From NCBI RefSeq assembly GCF_001194135.2, contig NC_069000.1, positions 20,019,648-20,073,970 of the forward strand: DNA of 54,323 nucleotides, given 5' to 3'. The DNA is from Octopus bimaculoides. Its lineage: Eukaryota. Under the pieces are notes generated by a model. That model had not been told where the DNA came from. It was given only the letters and a program-made list of their open reading frames with translations, and did no database searches. The position numbers and the translations under genes are program-made. Positions 12,793 through 26,162 of this stretch are shown here, piece by piece. Numbering within the stretch: the first letter of the stretch is position 1; each line of letters opens with the position of its first letter.

Positions 12793-12985
12793 CCTTTCTA
12801 GTGAAGGTAGAGGGCCTGAAATTTTGGGAGAGGGGACTAGTCGATTACATCGTCCCCAGTGCGTAACTGGTACTTATTTCATCGACCCCGAAAGGATGAA
12901 AGACAGTCAGCCTCGGCGGAACTCAGAACATAACGACGGACGAAATACTGCCAAGCGTTTCGTCCAGCGTTCAAACAATTTTGCG
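12280..12985 (-). mobile_element. Three tandem co-oriented SINE family 2 copies joined by (AAT/AAC)n linkers
   Basis: Copies at about 12280-12485, 12530-12742 and 12790-12985, each with the central domain; two end AGAAAGGATT(ATT)n. Confidence 0.85.
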
Positions 12986-13005
12986 ATATTCTGCTCCATA
13001 CCACA

Positions 13006-13345
13006 CAATGGCTTGTCAGTTGTTTGATCTTCATCAGTTGAGCATGTCTCTTAGTGGTTGACGATATATGCATCTTTGATCCTGAGCAGAAGTAGTGGGA
13101 GAGCATCATAGCCATGTGTTGATAGGATTTCTTTAGGGGCTTGAATAATTCACCTCTGGAAACATGGGTGTTTGGTTCAACATCGTTAAACATACCTTAT
13201 TCTTTGGGGTTTGGATAATTAACTTTTGGAATCATAGGTGTTTTGTTTATCATCCTTGAACAATCCTTATTCAAGGACCTTTTGATCGGTATGGGCTACG
13301 CGACCTTAAGAAAATTCTAACTGGGTCCCCACCTGCAAGTAAGCA
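13006..13345 (+). mobile_element. Partial ~550-bp TAA-flanked element with an internal ~70-bp duplication
   Basis: GCTTGTCAGTTGTTTGA..GAGCATCATAGCCATGTGTTGA..CTCTGGAAACATGGGTG matches 29650-29890. Confidence 0.8.
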
Positions 13346-13633
13346 CATACTATCTCTGCTATTTATGTGCAGCAGAAAGAACAAATGAATCTCCAAATGA
13401 ACCGTTTCAAGATTCCATAATCGCTTCTCACGGATTCCTTCCCCCACCCAATCAATTGCATAAAACATTCAGCCGAAATATACGAAGCAGACATAAATTA
13501 AGCTAGCACCGTGATGGATAATCTAACTTGCAAATTTTTGCTTTTGACGCTACGTCACTAATTAAACTGCATTTATTTGATGCACAGTGTCAACGAGAAG
13601 AACTGAAAAATACATGTTTATACGTTATATATA

Positions 13634-14864
13634 TCAAGGTCCATTCCATAAGTTCTGTCCAATTTTACCCTTTTTAAAATTGAATGAAATTTAATAGTAT
13701 TTTAGAATGTCTTATGGAATTAAAAATTATTTTTATGCATTTGTGTACATTCAAACTAATTAAATATCATTTTACAGAATAATAGAATTTCTTTGATTAT
13801 AACCATTTCTAACATGGAAGTATCCAAAGAGCATTTCAGGCACATAATGCTTTATGAGTACAAAAAAGGAAACTCTGCAGCCGAAGCGACTCGAAACATA
13901 CACTCAGTTTATGGGAAATAATGCTTGCAGAAGATGGTTTGCAAAATTCAGAAGTGGAGATTTCAGCCTTGAAGATGAAGATCGAACAGGACGTCCAGTT
14001 GAGTTTGATGATAAGCTCCTTGAGGCATTACTTGAAGAAAATCCTGCATTATCAGTTGAACAATTGGCAATAAAGCTTAGTTCAAACCATACAACTGTTT
14101 ATCGTCATCTTCAACAACTTGGAAAGGCTCCTAAACTTGGAAAATGAGTGCCTCATGAATTGTCCAAAAGCAACCGCAAATCTCGAGTTGACATCTGCTC
14201 TTCTCTCCATTCTCGTGAACTCATTTCACCCTTTTTGGATAGACTTGTAACTGGTGACGAAAAATGGATCTTCTATCGAAATGTTAAATGTCGTAAACAG
14301 TGGCTTGGTAAAAGGGAAAAAAACTCAACCACAACCGAGAAGGGAACTTCATGGAAAAAAGGTTCTTCTCTCTATCTGGTGGGATTTCAAAGGCGTAATT
14401 TTACTTCGAATTGTTGCCACCTAATGTAACAACCAATGCTCAAGTCTACTGTCAACAATTGGAGCGTTTGAACCAAGCTTTGAAGAAAAAAAGGCCCACT
14501 TTAGTGAATCGAAAATGAGTGATGCTTCATCAGGACAATGCACGACCCCACAATGCAAAGATCACATCACAGAATATTGAAGAGCTTTTTTGGGAAAAAA
14601 TTCTTCATCCACCTTATTCACCCGACCTTGTTCCTTCAGACTACCATTTATTTCGTAGTTTACAGAATCATTTGGGGGACAACTTTCGCAAGCCAGGAGG
14701 AAGTCGAAACCAAAAGAGTATTACATTGATAGGATTAAAAAGCTTGCAAATAGATGGAAAGAAGTCATAGATAATCAGGGAAAGTACATTGCTGATTAAA
14801 TTTCAATTAAATATAACAATTGGTCACTTGATTTCTTTATTCAAAATTCGGACAGATCTTATAG
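13634..14864 (+). mobile_element. Nearly complete mariner element with a disrupted transposase (ATG 13814, stop 14799)
   Basis: MEVSKEHFRHIMLYEYKKG..RRWFAKFRSGDFSLED..VPHEL..VTGDEKWI..LHQDNARPH..HPPYSPDLVPSDYHLF (mariner D,D,D motifs); TIR ATAAGTTCTGTCCAATTTT versus AAAATTCGGACAGATCTTAT; right end cut by a gap. Confidence 0.92.
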
Positions 14865-15616
14865 NNNNNNNNNNNNNNNNNNNNNNNNNNNNNNNNNNNN
14901 NNNNNNNNNNNNNNNNNNNNNNNNNNNNNNNNNNNNNNNNNNNNNNNNNNNNNNNNNNNNNNNNNNNNNNNNNNNNNNNNNNNNNNNNNNNNNNNNNNNN
15001 NNNNNNNNNNNNNNNNNNNNNNNNNNNNNNNNNNNNNNNNNNNNNNNNNNNNNNNNNNNNNNNNNNNNNNNNNNNNNNNNNNNNNNNNNNNNNNNNNNNN
15101 NNNNNNNNNNNNNNNNNNNNNNNNNNNNNNNNNNNNNNNNNNNNNNNNNNNNNNNNNNNNNNNNNNNNNNNNNNNNNNNNNNNNNNNNNNNNNNNNNNNN
15201 NNNNNNNNNNNNNNNNNNNNNNNNNNNNNNNNNNNNNNNNNNNNNNNNNNNNNNNNNNNNNNNNNNNNNNNNNNNNNNNNNNNNNNNNNNNNNNNNNNNN
15301 NNNNNNNNNNNNNNNNNNNNNNNNNNNNNNNNNNNNNNNNNNNNNNNNNNNNNNNNNNNNNNNNNNNNNNNNNNNNNNNNNNNNNNNNNNNNNNNNNNNN
15401 NNNNNNNNNNNNNNNNNNNNNNNNNNNNNNNNNNNNNNNNNNNNNNNNNNNNNNNNNNNNNNNNNNNNNNNNNNNNNNNNNNNNNNNNNNNNNNNNNNNN
15501 NNNNNNNNNNNNNNNNNNNNNNNNNNNNNNNNNNNNNNNNNNNNNNNNNNNNNNNNNNNNNNNNNNNNNNNNNNNNNNNNNNNNNNNNNNNNNNNNNNNN
15601 NNNGTATGTATATATG

Positions 15617-15654
<38 letters not shown>

Positions 15655-15802
15655 AGACTTCACAAAAAGAAACTTCGAAGTCGCTTTCACCAATATTCTC
15701 GTAAAAATTTATTAGATATATTCTCTACAAGTAGTACTCAGTTTAATGGAAAATTGCTTTTATCATAACTCGGCATAAGAATACACACATACAAACATGC
15801 AC

Positions 15803-15854
<52 letters not shown>

Positions 15855-15895
15855 ATGTTTGTCTGTCTATCCATCTATTTATGCATCTATCTATA

Positions 15896-16729
15896 TGCAG
15901 CGTGCGATGGGTAAATTGTTTGTTTTTGTGCATTGTTTGCTTTTGATTTTGCATAGTACAATAGGATCAGTTGGGCACCGTCTATGAGAAAAACAGCATC
16001 TTGACGCAATTCACTCTACCAGAAACTTTGAAACGACATGCTGTACTGCATCCGCGCCGGAAACTCCAATACGAACATTTCTGAGTGTTTGGGTGTCGAT
16101 CTGAGGACATGTACAGGGGGTGATAAAAATCAAACATTCAGTCAACATCAAGGTGCCTGGAGTGATCACTAGTGATGGTGACGTTATGCCTCCATTCATC
16201 TTCTCATACGTATCACACTCAACACGGAGGCCTACATCAAGTGTCTGAAAGAGGTAGAGCTGCCCCGGGTTAAGAGGGTGGCTGCTGGAAGACCCAACAG
16301 GACTCTGCACCATGCTACACAACCAGGAGAACGTAGTCATAGTTGTCAGATAATTTCTGCAACCACATCACCCCTAACATCTGGCTACCTAACTCCCCAA
16401 ACTGCAACCCCTTTGATTAATATGTGTGGGACGCAGTTGAGCGAGACAACAACAAAACTCCTTGTAACACCGAAGATGAACTGAAGGCAAGGATTATGGC
16501 AGCATTCACCAACTTAAACAAGGAGACCTTTCAAAAGAGTTGCAGGGGATTCTGAAGTCATCTGGAGGCTATGGTTGAAGCCAATGGCGATTTTCTTGAA
16601 TAAATTTACTCTTTAGTATTTCAAGATATATGTTAATGTAACTTTGGTCAATATATCTGTTAAAATGAGATGTCAGTGTTATTTTCAGTTTTGCGTACTT
16701 TAGACGACAGTTTAGTCACTGCATCCTGT
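15896..16729 (+). mobile_element. Internally deleted maT/Bmmar1-like (DD37D-type) Tc1/mariner element
   Basis: GVITSDGDVMPPFIF..LNTEAYIKCL..QDSAPC..IWLPNSPNCNPFD*YVW..LEAMVEANGDFLE*; degenerate TIR-like ends; the N-terminal region jumps directly to the catalytic region. Confidence 0.75.
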
Positions 16730-17693
16730 NNNNNNNNNNNNNNNNNNNNNNNNNNNNNNNNNNNNNNNNNNNNNNNNNNNNNNNNNNNNNNNNNNNNNNN
16801 NNNNNNNNNNNNNNNNNNNNNNNNNNNNNNNNNNNNNNNNNNNNNNNNNNNNNNNNNNNNNNNNNNNNNNNNNNNNNNNNNNNNNNNNNNNNNNNNNNNN
16901 NNNNNNNNNNNNNNNNNNNNNNNNNNNNNNNNNNNNNNNNNNNNNNNNNNNNNNNNNNNNNNNNNNNNNNNNNNNNNNNNNNNNNNNNNNNNNNNNNNNN
17001 NNNNNNNNNNNNNNNNNNNNNNNNNNNNNNNNNNNNNNNNNNNNNNNNNNNNNNNNNNNNNNNNNNNNNNNNNNNNNNNNNNNNNNNNNNNNNNNNNNNN
17101 NNNNNNNNNNNNNNNNNNNNNNNNNNNNNNNNNNNNNNNNNNNNNNNNNNNNNNNNNNNNNNNNNNNNNNNNNNNNNNNNNNNNNNNNNNNNNNNNNNNN
17201 NNNNNNNNNNNNNNNNNNNNNNNNNNNNNNNNNNNNNNNNNNNNNNNNNNNNNNNNNNNNNNNNNNNNNNNNNNNNNNNNNNNNNNNNNNNNNNNNNNNN
17301 NNNNNNNNNNNNNNNNNNNNNNNNNNNNNNNNNNNNNNNNNNNNNNNNNNNNNNNNNNNNNNNNNNNNNNNNNNNNNNNNNNNNNNNNNNNNNNNNNNNN
17401 NNNNNNNNNNNNNNNNNNNNNNNNNNNNNNNNNNNNNNNNNNNNNNNNNNNNNNNNNNNNNNNNNNNNNNNNNNNNNNNNNNNNNNNNNNNNNNNNNNNN
17501 NNNNNNNNNNNNNNNNNNNNNNNNNNNNNNNNNNNNNNNNNNNNNNNNNNNNNNNNNNNNNNNNNNNNNNNNNNNNNNNNNNNNNNNNNNNNNNNNNNNN
17601 NNNNNATATATATATATATATATAGTGTGTGCGTGTGTGCTGAGATAAAACGAAAGAGGGGGTTATAGGAAATTGTGAAATAGATTGAGTGAG

Positions 17694-17738
<45 letters not shown>

Positions 17739-18112
17739 GGGAGAGAGAGAGTGTAGTTGACATAGTCCGAATGTCACAGTCTTCTCCTGGTCAGGTTGAC
17801 CTCTGCATGATGTAATGGCGGATGATGGCGACTCTCTTCTCATTGCAAACGGTGCCTAGCTTGTTCACCTGCAAACCGCTAGATGCGATTTGTAGAGGTA
17901 AGCCGAGCCCAATACATCCAGACCTGCTGCTGTCTGATAAATCGCACGGTTGCTCTGGTTGCTAAAGCTTATGTTTGCTTTTGCAATAAGAGCTGGTTGT
18001 ACTGAGAAGGGATCTCTGAGACTGGAATACAACAATGGATCATGTTTACTACATTGACATCCAACAAACAGCGGTATTGGGAGAACGAAGAGATGAAGAC
18101 AGCAAGCGCAAG

Positions 18113-18151
<39 letters not shown>

Positions 18152-18527
18152 CAGAAAGCAGGATAGAGGAAAAAGACAGAAAGAAAAAGGGTTGAACAGT
18201 TGTAGATGGGTAAACAGTGGAGGAAATCAGTGGATGAGACAGTAGCAAACGTCTCCGTACATCTCTGAGCAGGAAGCCGATGTAGGGTCGGCAGATTTCT
18301 GTCATGGTGGCTGGTGGTTTGCGTGAACGTGTGGGGAGACTGGGAGGAGACGAGGATTTCTACAGTAGCCACAGTGGTAGGAGTAAGTAAAATGTCTATG
18401 TAAAAGGAGGAAGAGGATTCAATATATATATGTGTGCGTGTGTGTGTGTTTGTGAGTGTACAGATATGTATATATATAAATACATAGCTATATGCATGTA
18501 TGTGTACATGTATGTATGTATGTGTAT

Positions 18528-18565
<38 letters not shown>

Positions 18566-19033
18566 NNNNNNNNNNNNTATATGATATGATATATGATATT
18601 ATATTATATTATATAACACAGAGTAATGGAAAGTGGAGCCTTTCAGTTATAATGTATTAAAGAATAATCTACATTTGTACTGAATTATGTAATTTATCAC
18701 TCCTGGTGAATCAACTCATACATATATATACATACACACATACATACATACATACATACATNNNNNNNNNNTACATACATGCATGCATAAATACATACAT
18801 ACATACATACATACATAAATATAGGTACATATATAGATATATGTATGTATATATTATATATTTCTGATTTGGGGTATAAATTTATCTAAAATTCTTTTGC
18901 TATGCCTATCCGGGTCTAATTTAGATGAACTAATTAGTCTGATAGCGGGACTTTCGTGAAAATCAGGTTTGTGATCTTTTAGACTGGACTACAGGCGTTT
19001 TGGACGCGCACACTCATACACATACACACACAC

Positions 19034-19130
<97 letters not shown>

Positions 19131-19329
19131 ATCATATATTTGAACATGCACACGCACTCACGCATGTATGCGTTTCTGAATGTATGTTCGTATGAACGAG
19201 TGTATCTATCTGCGTTGTATGAGTGTAACATTGTACGGATGTACGAAACAGATAATTATATAACCATACTGAAAAACAAAAACCTGAAATCCGAATTAGG
19301 GATGGAAGTTAGCTTCAGCTGAGATACCC

Positions 19330-19375
<46 letters not shown>

Positions 19376-19460
19376 GATCTATCTATTTATCTTTTTGTCT
19401 ATCTCTATGTCTGTGCATTTATCTATATATCTATATAAATGTATATATACCTGTGTTTAT

Positions 19461-19510
<50 letters not shown>

Positions 19511-19916
19511 GCATATAAATATATAAATGTATATACAGAGAGAGAGACAGACAGACAGACAGACGGAGAAAGAAAAGAGAAAGAGAGAGAACTAGACAAA
19601 GCGATAAAGAGAGGGAGATGGAAAAATACAGCAAATAGATACATTGGACAATTTGTATGACCAAAGAATGGCTGTACATATAGATATAATGCACACATAT
19701 CGCTATCTGTCTATCTATCTGGCTACCTTATAGTCTCTCTCTTTCTCTCCCTTACTCTCTGTCTCTTTCAATCTCCCCCCTCTCTCTGTATATATATATA
19801 TATCAGATAGATAAAGAGATCGATAGAAAGATGGAGATATATACGTGTATATATTGAATATATTCATACTTACATATAATCAATGCATGTGTGTTTGTGT
19901 TTCTGTGTTTTTGTGA

Positions 19917-19955
<39 letters not shown>

Positions 19956-20184
19956 AAACAGACAGAGAGAAAGTGAGAAAGAGTGCGAGAAAAATTGAGT
20001 AATAGTTATCTTGATTGATAGGTATATTACATAGAAAGCTAATTAGATAATCAGACAGATAGACTGATAGATAGACAAACAGACACACAGACAGACAAAA
20101 AGAGTTAAAGAGATTGATAGAGATAGATAGATAGACAGACAGACAGGCAGACAGACAGACAGACAAACAGATAGATAGATAAAT

Positions 20185-20220
<36 letters not shown>

Positions 20221-20331
20221 TGAGAGAGAGAGAAAGAGAGTGAAGTAGGTGGGTATGTGATGTGCATCTTTCTGCAGGAAAGAAACTGTTTGGGCATATG
20301 TGTGTTTGTTTCTGAGCGCATACATACATAT

Positions 20332-20375
<44 letters not shown>

Positions 20376-20441
20376 TCACACACAAATATATATACATGTA
20401 TATATACTTATATAATGTATATATATTTATATGTGTTCATC

Positions 20442-20486
<45 letters not shown>

Positions 20487-20693
20487 TCACATATATATGT
20501 GACTGAGACATGTGTGTGTGTATGTTTGTGTGCGAATTTGTGCGTTTGTGTGTGAGTGTCTGATGAGCATAATTTGAAGTAGTAAATCTGTATTGAAACA
20601 CATGTAATAGAGGCTGAATACTAAAATCATATACGAGAAAAGGAAAACATTACAAAAATATTATCTGCCCCAGCATGGCCACGGCTTATATAT

Positions 20694-21075
20694 ATAGGCG
20701 CTGGCGTTATTGTGTGGTAATAAGCTTGCCTCCCAACCACATAGTTCTGGGTTCAGTCCTAGTGCGTGACACCTGAGGCTATAGTCTTCCTCTATAGCCG
20801 CAGGTCGACCAAAGCCTTGCGAGTGGGTTTGGTAGACGGAATCTGAAAGAAACCCATCGCGTGTTTGTGTGTGTGCGTGCGTGTGCATATTTGTCTCCCC
20901 ACCATCGCTTGGCATCCAGTACTGGTGTGTTTATTATGTCTCCGTAACTTAGCGGTTTGGCAAAAAAAAAACACCAATAGAAAAAGTACTAGGGTTACAA
21001 AAATGGGTCGTGGGGTCGACTTCTTCGACCAAAAACCCTTTGACACGTTGCTCAAGCATGGCCGTAGTCATGCAA
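20694..21075 (+). mobile_element. SINE family 1, full length with internal (GT)n
   Basis: Head TAGGCGC..TGTGTGGTAA, middle GGTAGACGGAA.CTGAAAGAAACCC, tail CCGTAACTTAGCGGTTTGGCAAAA..AGCATGGCCGTAGTC. Confidence 0.85.
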
Positions 21076-22183
21076 TAATAAACGGCTATATGCATATATA
21101 TATATATANNNNNNNNNNNNNNNNNNNNNNNNNNNNNNNNNNNNNNNNNNNNNNNNNNNNNNNNNNNNNNNNNNNNNNNNNNNNNNNNNNNNNNNNNNNN
21201 NNNNNNNNNNNNNNNNNNNNNNNNNNNNNNNNNNNNNNNNNNNNNNNNNNNNNNNNNNNNNNNNNNNNNNNNNNNNNNNNNNNNNNNNNNNNNNNNNNNN
21301 NNNNNNNNNNNNNNNNNNNNNNNNNNNNNNNNNNNNNNNNNNNNNNNNNNNNNNNNNNNNNNNNNNNNNNNNNNNNNNNNNNNNNNNNNNNNNNNNNNNN
21401 NNNNNNNNNNNNNNNNNNNNNNNNNNNNNNNNNNNNNNNNNNNNNNNNNNNNNNNNNNNNNNNNNNNNNNNNNNNNNNNNNNNNNNNNNNNNNNNNNNNN
21501 NNNNNNNNNNNNNNNNNNNNNNNNNNNNNNNNNNNNNNNNNNNNNNNNNNNNNNNNNNNNNNNNNNNNNNNNNNNNNNNNNNNNNNNNNNNNNNNNNNNN
21601 NNNNNNNNNNNNNNNNNNNNNNNNNNNNNNNNNNNNNNNNNNNNNNNNNNNNNNNNNNNNNNNNNNNNNNNNNNNNNNNNNNNNNNNNNNNNNNNNNNNN
21701 NNNNNNNNNNNNNNNNNNNNNNNNNNNNNNNNNNNNNNNNNNNNNNNNNNNNNNNNNNNNNNNNNNNNNNNNNNNNNNNNNNNNNNNNNNNNNNNNNNNN
21801 NNNNNNNNNNNNNNNNNNNNNNNNNNNNNNNNNNNNNNNNNNNNNNNNNNNNNNNNNNNNNNNNNNNNNNNNNNNNNNNNNNNNNNNNNNNNNNNNNNNN
21901 NNNNNNNNNNNNNNNNNNNNNNNNNNNNNNNNNNNNNNNNNNNNNNNNNNNNNNNNNNNNNNNNNNNNNNNNNNNNNNNNNNNNNNNNNNNNNNNNNNNN
22001 NNNNNNNNNNNNNNNNNNNNNNNNNNNNNNNNNNNNNNNNNNNNNNNNNNNNNNNNNNNNNATCACCACCATCACCATCATCATCGTCGTCGTCGTCGTC
22101 GTCATCATCATCACAACAAGCATCATCACCACCACCACCACCACCATCACATGTATACGTTTGTATATGTACGTATATATATA

Positions 22184-23453
22184 CTCGGGTCGACTGAAAA
22201 GGTCATAGACTGACCACAATACTCTCATTGAATGTGACGAAATTAGGTTTATTTTTCAACATAGTCCCTCTTGTGGTCTACACACTTTTTCTATCCTGTT
22301 GCTCAAAAAAGCCACGAACAGCAGATATGACGTCATCATCATTGCGATACTGGTTCCCAGTCAAATGGCTTCTCATGTTGAGGAACAAATGGTAGTCAGA
22401 TGGAACCAAATCAGGAAAATGTGGACGGCGATCAACCAGTTCACAGCCACATTCACGCACAACAGCCATTGAAGGCAGGGACTTGTGTGCTGGAACATTG
22501 TCCTGATGAAACAAGACCCTTTTCGTCAGTTTTTCAGGGCCTCTGATCTTGATAGCCTTTCGTAATCGCATCAGTAAGTTGGCGTAGTGCACTCCATTGA
22601 TGGTGTGGTCGTTTTGAAGATAGGCAGCAAACACATTGCCTTTTGCATCTAACCCCAATCCCCTTAAATGAAGTCATCACCTTCCCTGCAAATGAAACGA
22701 CCTTAGATTTATTAGGGGCGGGTGAGTAGGGGTGTTTTCAATGTGTGGGTTGTCACTTTGTCTCTGGTTCAAAGTGATGAACCTAATACTTATCCTGGCT
22801 TAGGAAATGTTCAAGGAAACCAGTTGGATCTGCCTCGATCAAAGTCAGATTTTCCTGTGATTTGATCGACTTGGTTGGTGCATTTTTGATCAGATGTCAG
22901 AAGACGTGGAACCCACCGAGCAGAGAACCTTCCTTGTGCCAACTTCACTGAGCAGAGTGTTCTCAACTCGCTCTCGGGATGTGCTAATAGCATTGGCCAT
23001 TTGATTTATAGTCAATCACCTGTCACCCATCACCGTGTGGTAAATACGATCACCCTTTTTCCCTCGGTGGTGGCAGTTGCTGGACGCCCACATTTTGGGT
23101 CATCTTCATGACTACCCCTTCTTCAAAATTCAACCGCTCAATTTTGTACTGTTGATAAAACTAGAGCATCACCCCCTAACGTAGCAACCATATCAGTGTG
23201 AATATCCTTGGGACAAAACTCGTTTTCTGCAAGGTATACAATAATACCACGATGTCAAATTTTGTCGACTTCCAAGAGAAGTCGCTACTAATTACTTTTG
23301 AAGTCATCTTTTGAAGTATCACATCTCAGTTTACCTGAAAAGAAACAACGCAGTTATTAATAAGAAAACTTGAAATTAACGCTGCAAGATTTCACAGCAG
23401 CTCTATCATCACTGGTTCATAGTCAGCCTATGAACTTATCAGCCCAACCTCGT
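22184..23453 (-). mobile_element. Full-length (~1.27 kb) decayed mariner element with both TIRs
   Basis: FSARWVPRLLT, FHQDNVPAHKS, PDLVPSDYHLF; TIRs GGGTCGACTGAAAAGGTCATAGACTGAC and GTCAGCCTATGAACTTATCAGCCCAACC in a TA context. Confidence 0.9.
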
Positions 23454-23459
23454 GTGTAT

Positions 23460-23670
23460 AAGGCGACGAGGATCGTTAGTGCTTCGGCCAAATGATTAGT
23501 GACATTCCGTCCGCTCTTTGCATTCTGAGTTCAAATTCCGATCAGGTTGACTTGGTCATTCATCTTTCCGGGGTCTATGAGATAAGTACTAGTGAGGTAC
23601 TGGTGCCAATGTAATCGACTTATGCATCCTCTCAAATTTGCTGGCCTCAGGCTGTGACTAGGAAAGAATT
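23460..23670 (+). mobile_element. SINE family 2, degenerate
   Basis: AAGGCGACGAG..ATCGTTAG..CTGAGTTCAAATTCC..TTCATCTTTCCGGGGTC..GTAC; ends GGAAAGAATT. Confidence 0.75.
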
Positions 23671-23691
23671 GATGTATGTATGTATGCATGT

Positions 23692-23847
23692 ATAGGAGTG
23701 GCTGTGTGGTAAGTAGCTTGCTTACGAACCACATAATTCCGGGTTCAGTCCCACTGCGTGGTACCTTCGACAGGTGTATTCTACCTATAGCCTCGGGTTG
23801 ACCAAAGCCTAGTGAGTGGATTTGGTAGACGGAAACTGAAAGAAGCC
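23692..23847 (+). mobile_element. SINE family 1 5' half, cut by a gap
   Basis: TAGGAGTGGCTGTGTGGTAAGTAGCTTGCTTAC..GGAAACTGAAAGAAGCC. Confidence 0.85.
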
Positions 23848-24363
23848 NNNNNNNNNNNNNNNNNNNNNNNNNNNNNNNNNNNNNNNNNNNNNNNNNNNNN
23901 NNNNNNNNNNNNNNNNNNNNNNNNNNNNNNNNNNNNNNNNNNNNNNNNNNNNNNNNNNNNNNNNNNNNNNNNNNNNNNNNNNNNNNNNNNNNNNNNNNNN
24001 NNNNNNNNNNNNNNNNNNNNNNNNNNNNNNNNNNNNNNNNNNNNNNNNNNNNNNNNNNNNNNNNNNNNNNNNNNNNNNNNNNNNNNNNNNNNNNNNNNNN
24101 NNNNNNNNNNNNNNNNNNNNNNNNNNNNNNNNNNNNNNNNNNNNNNNNNNNNNNNNNNNNNNNNNNNNNNNNNNNNNNNNNNNNNNNNNNNNNNNNNNNN
24201 NNNNNNNNNNNNNNNNNNNNNNNNNNNNNNNNNNNNNNNNNNNNNNNNNNNNNNNNNNNNNNNNNNNNNNNNNNNNNNNNNNNNNNNNNNNNNNNNNNNN
24301 NNNNNNNNNNNNNNNNNNNNNNNNNNNNNNNNNNNNNNNNNNNNNNNNNNNNNNNNNNNNNNN

Positions 24364-25345
24364 GTTCCGTACCCCTTTGAGCAACATCAAAATTCACTCA
24401 TCCGTCCACAAACACTCTCCAAGCTTTCCTATCATTTATAAACTCTCTTGCCTCTCTCACTCCAACACCTCTAACCACCAAAGCTTTCCTCACTCCATCC
24501 ATCCACACAAACTGAGGACTGCCTCTGGTTCTGCTGCCTACCACTTCTGCCTTCATCACCTTCCTTACCATCCACTCCTCATCTATCCTCTCCATGTGGC
24601 CAAACCACCTCAACATTCGTCTATCCATTCTGGTTGTTAGATTTTCTTTCATGCCGGCTCGCCTTCGCACCTCCTCATTTCCTCATCCTGACTATCTTTG
24701 TCACACCAACCATAGCCCTCAAACATCTCATCCCAAACACATCTAGTTGCCTCCTTTCCGACTCTCTCAAACCCTACGTCTCTGCACCATGAACATTGTT
24801 GGCACAATCACGCACTCATACACACTTCTTTTCACTTTCATACTCAACCTTTTATCTCCCAGCCTACCTTTCACAACTCCAAGTAGCTTACTACCTTTCC
24901 TCACTCTATCTCCCACTTCCTCAGCCAACCCCACCATCTGCTGTCACACATGATTCCAAATACTTAAAAACACTCACCTCCTCTAACATCTCACCATTTA
25001 TACTCACATTCATCCTACCAGCCAGTCCAATTCTCGAACATCTCATCACCTTACTCTTAGCTACATTCTCTTTCAGTTCCCTCCTCTCGCACACTCTTCC
25101 AAAGTCTACCACCAATCCCTTCAGTTGCTCTTCCGAATCCGCCACCAGTGCTGTATCAACAGCAAACAACAGTTGACTCACCTGCTGTTCCTCTCCATTT
25201 TCTTCCATCATTTAGGTTCCTTTACCAAGAGTTCTAGCATTTACCGCTCTCACCACACCATCCACGTATAAATTTGACAGCCACGTAGACATCACACAAC
25301 CTTGTCTTAACCCCACTTTCACATCAAACCACTCACTTACTTGAT
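24364..25345 (-). mobile_element. RTE-clade LINE, RT and C-terminal fragment
   Basis: WFDVKVGLRQGCVMSTWL, QLLFAVDTALVADSEEQL (decayed FADD), LEEVSVFKYL, MLRWFGHMERI..RGSPQFVWMDGV. Confidence 0.88.
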
Positions 25346-25667
25346 GCGATATTTACAAAGTTCAGTGTTTTTAAGCGTTTTAAATTCGTATCATCACCCG
25401 CTTTCTGATTCAAAATTGTTTTACAATATTTTACAATATTCTAAGTCAAACAAAAATATTGAAAAACACGAGTATTTTTTAAATTTTTTTACCTAATTTG
25501 AGTGAAAATATTAATTGATAACTTTTTACTTTTCTTGGAATCAGTTCAAATGAATAGACGAAACAAAATCATCTAATTTTGTATAAAAATCACAAAAATT
25601 AATCCAGAGCACTGTGAAAATCATCATGTCATGGTAACATTCAGCAACAACAACTACAATAATAATG

Positions 25668-26040
25668 ATTTCTTTTATTAGCCATAAGGATCGAAACCAT
25701 TGAGGACGAAGCAGAACACACAAAGAGATGGGTTTAACATCGATCAAAAAGACACATTACAAGAATAAAAATATAATTAAAGGATATAAAAATAGAATTA
25801 AGAGAAATTAATGATGAATAAATAGAATCCCCAATTGCAGGGTCGTCCACCTTGGGTAATTCGGGGGAAAACCTCACACAAAACGTCTCGGCTTACTCTA
25901 CGATCTCCAAGGCGTGGGAAGTGTCATCCTCCAGTTTCTTGCCTCCCACTTAGAAAAGCACACTCGGAGTAGATTCATTCAACCTTACCACTCTCATCCA
26001 CCTTTTGATAATCACACCAGAAGACAGTACCTCCCTCTCT
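25668..26040 (-). mobile_element. Short 5'-truncated Tx1-clade copy flanked by microsatellite on both sides
   Basis: Reads REVLSSGVIIKRW..; 3' terminus AATAAAAGAAAT followed by CATTATTATT; the 5' junction sits directly on the (TAA/TGA)n tract starting at 26041. Confidence 0.7.
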
Positions 26041-26076
26041 TTAATAATAATAATGATGATGATGATGATGATGATG

Positions 26077-26125
<49 letters not shown>

Positions 26126-26162
26126 TAAAAATAATAATAATAATAATGATAATAATAATGAT

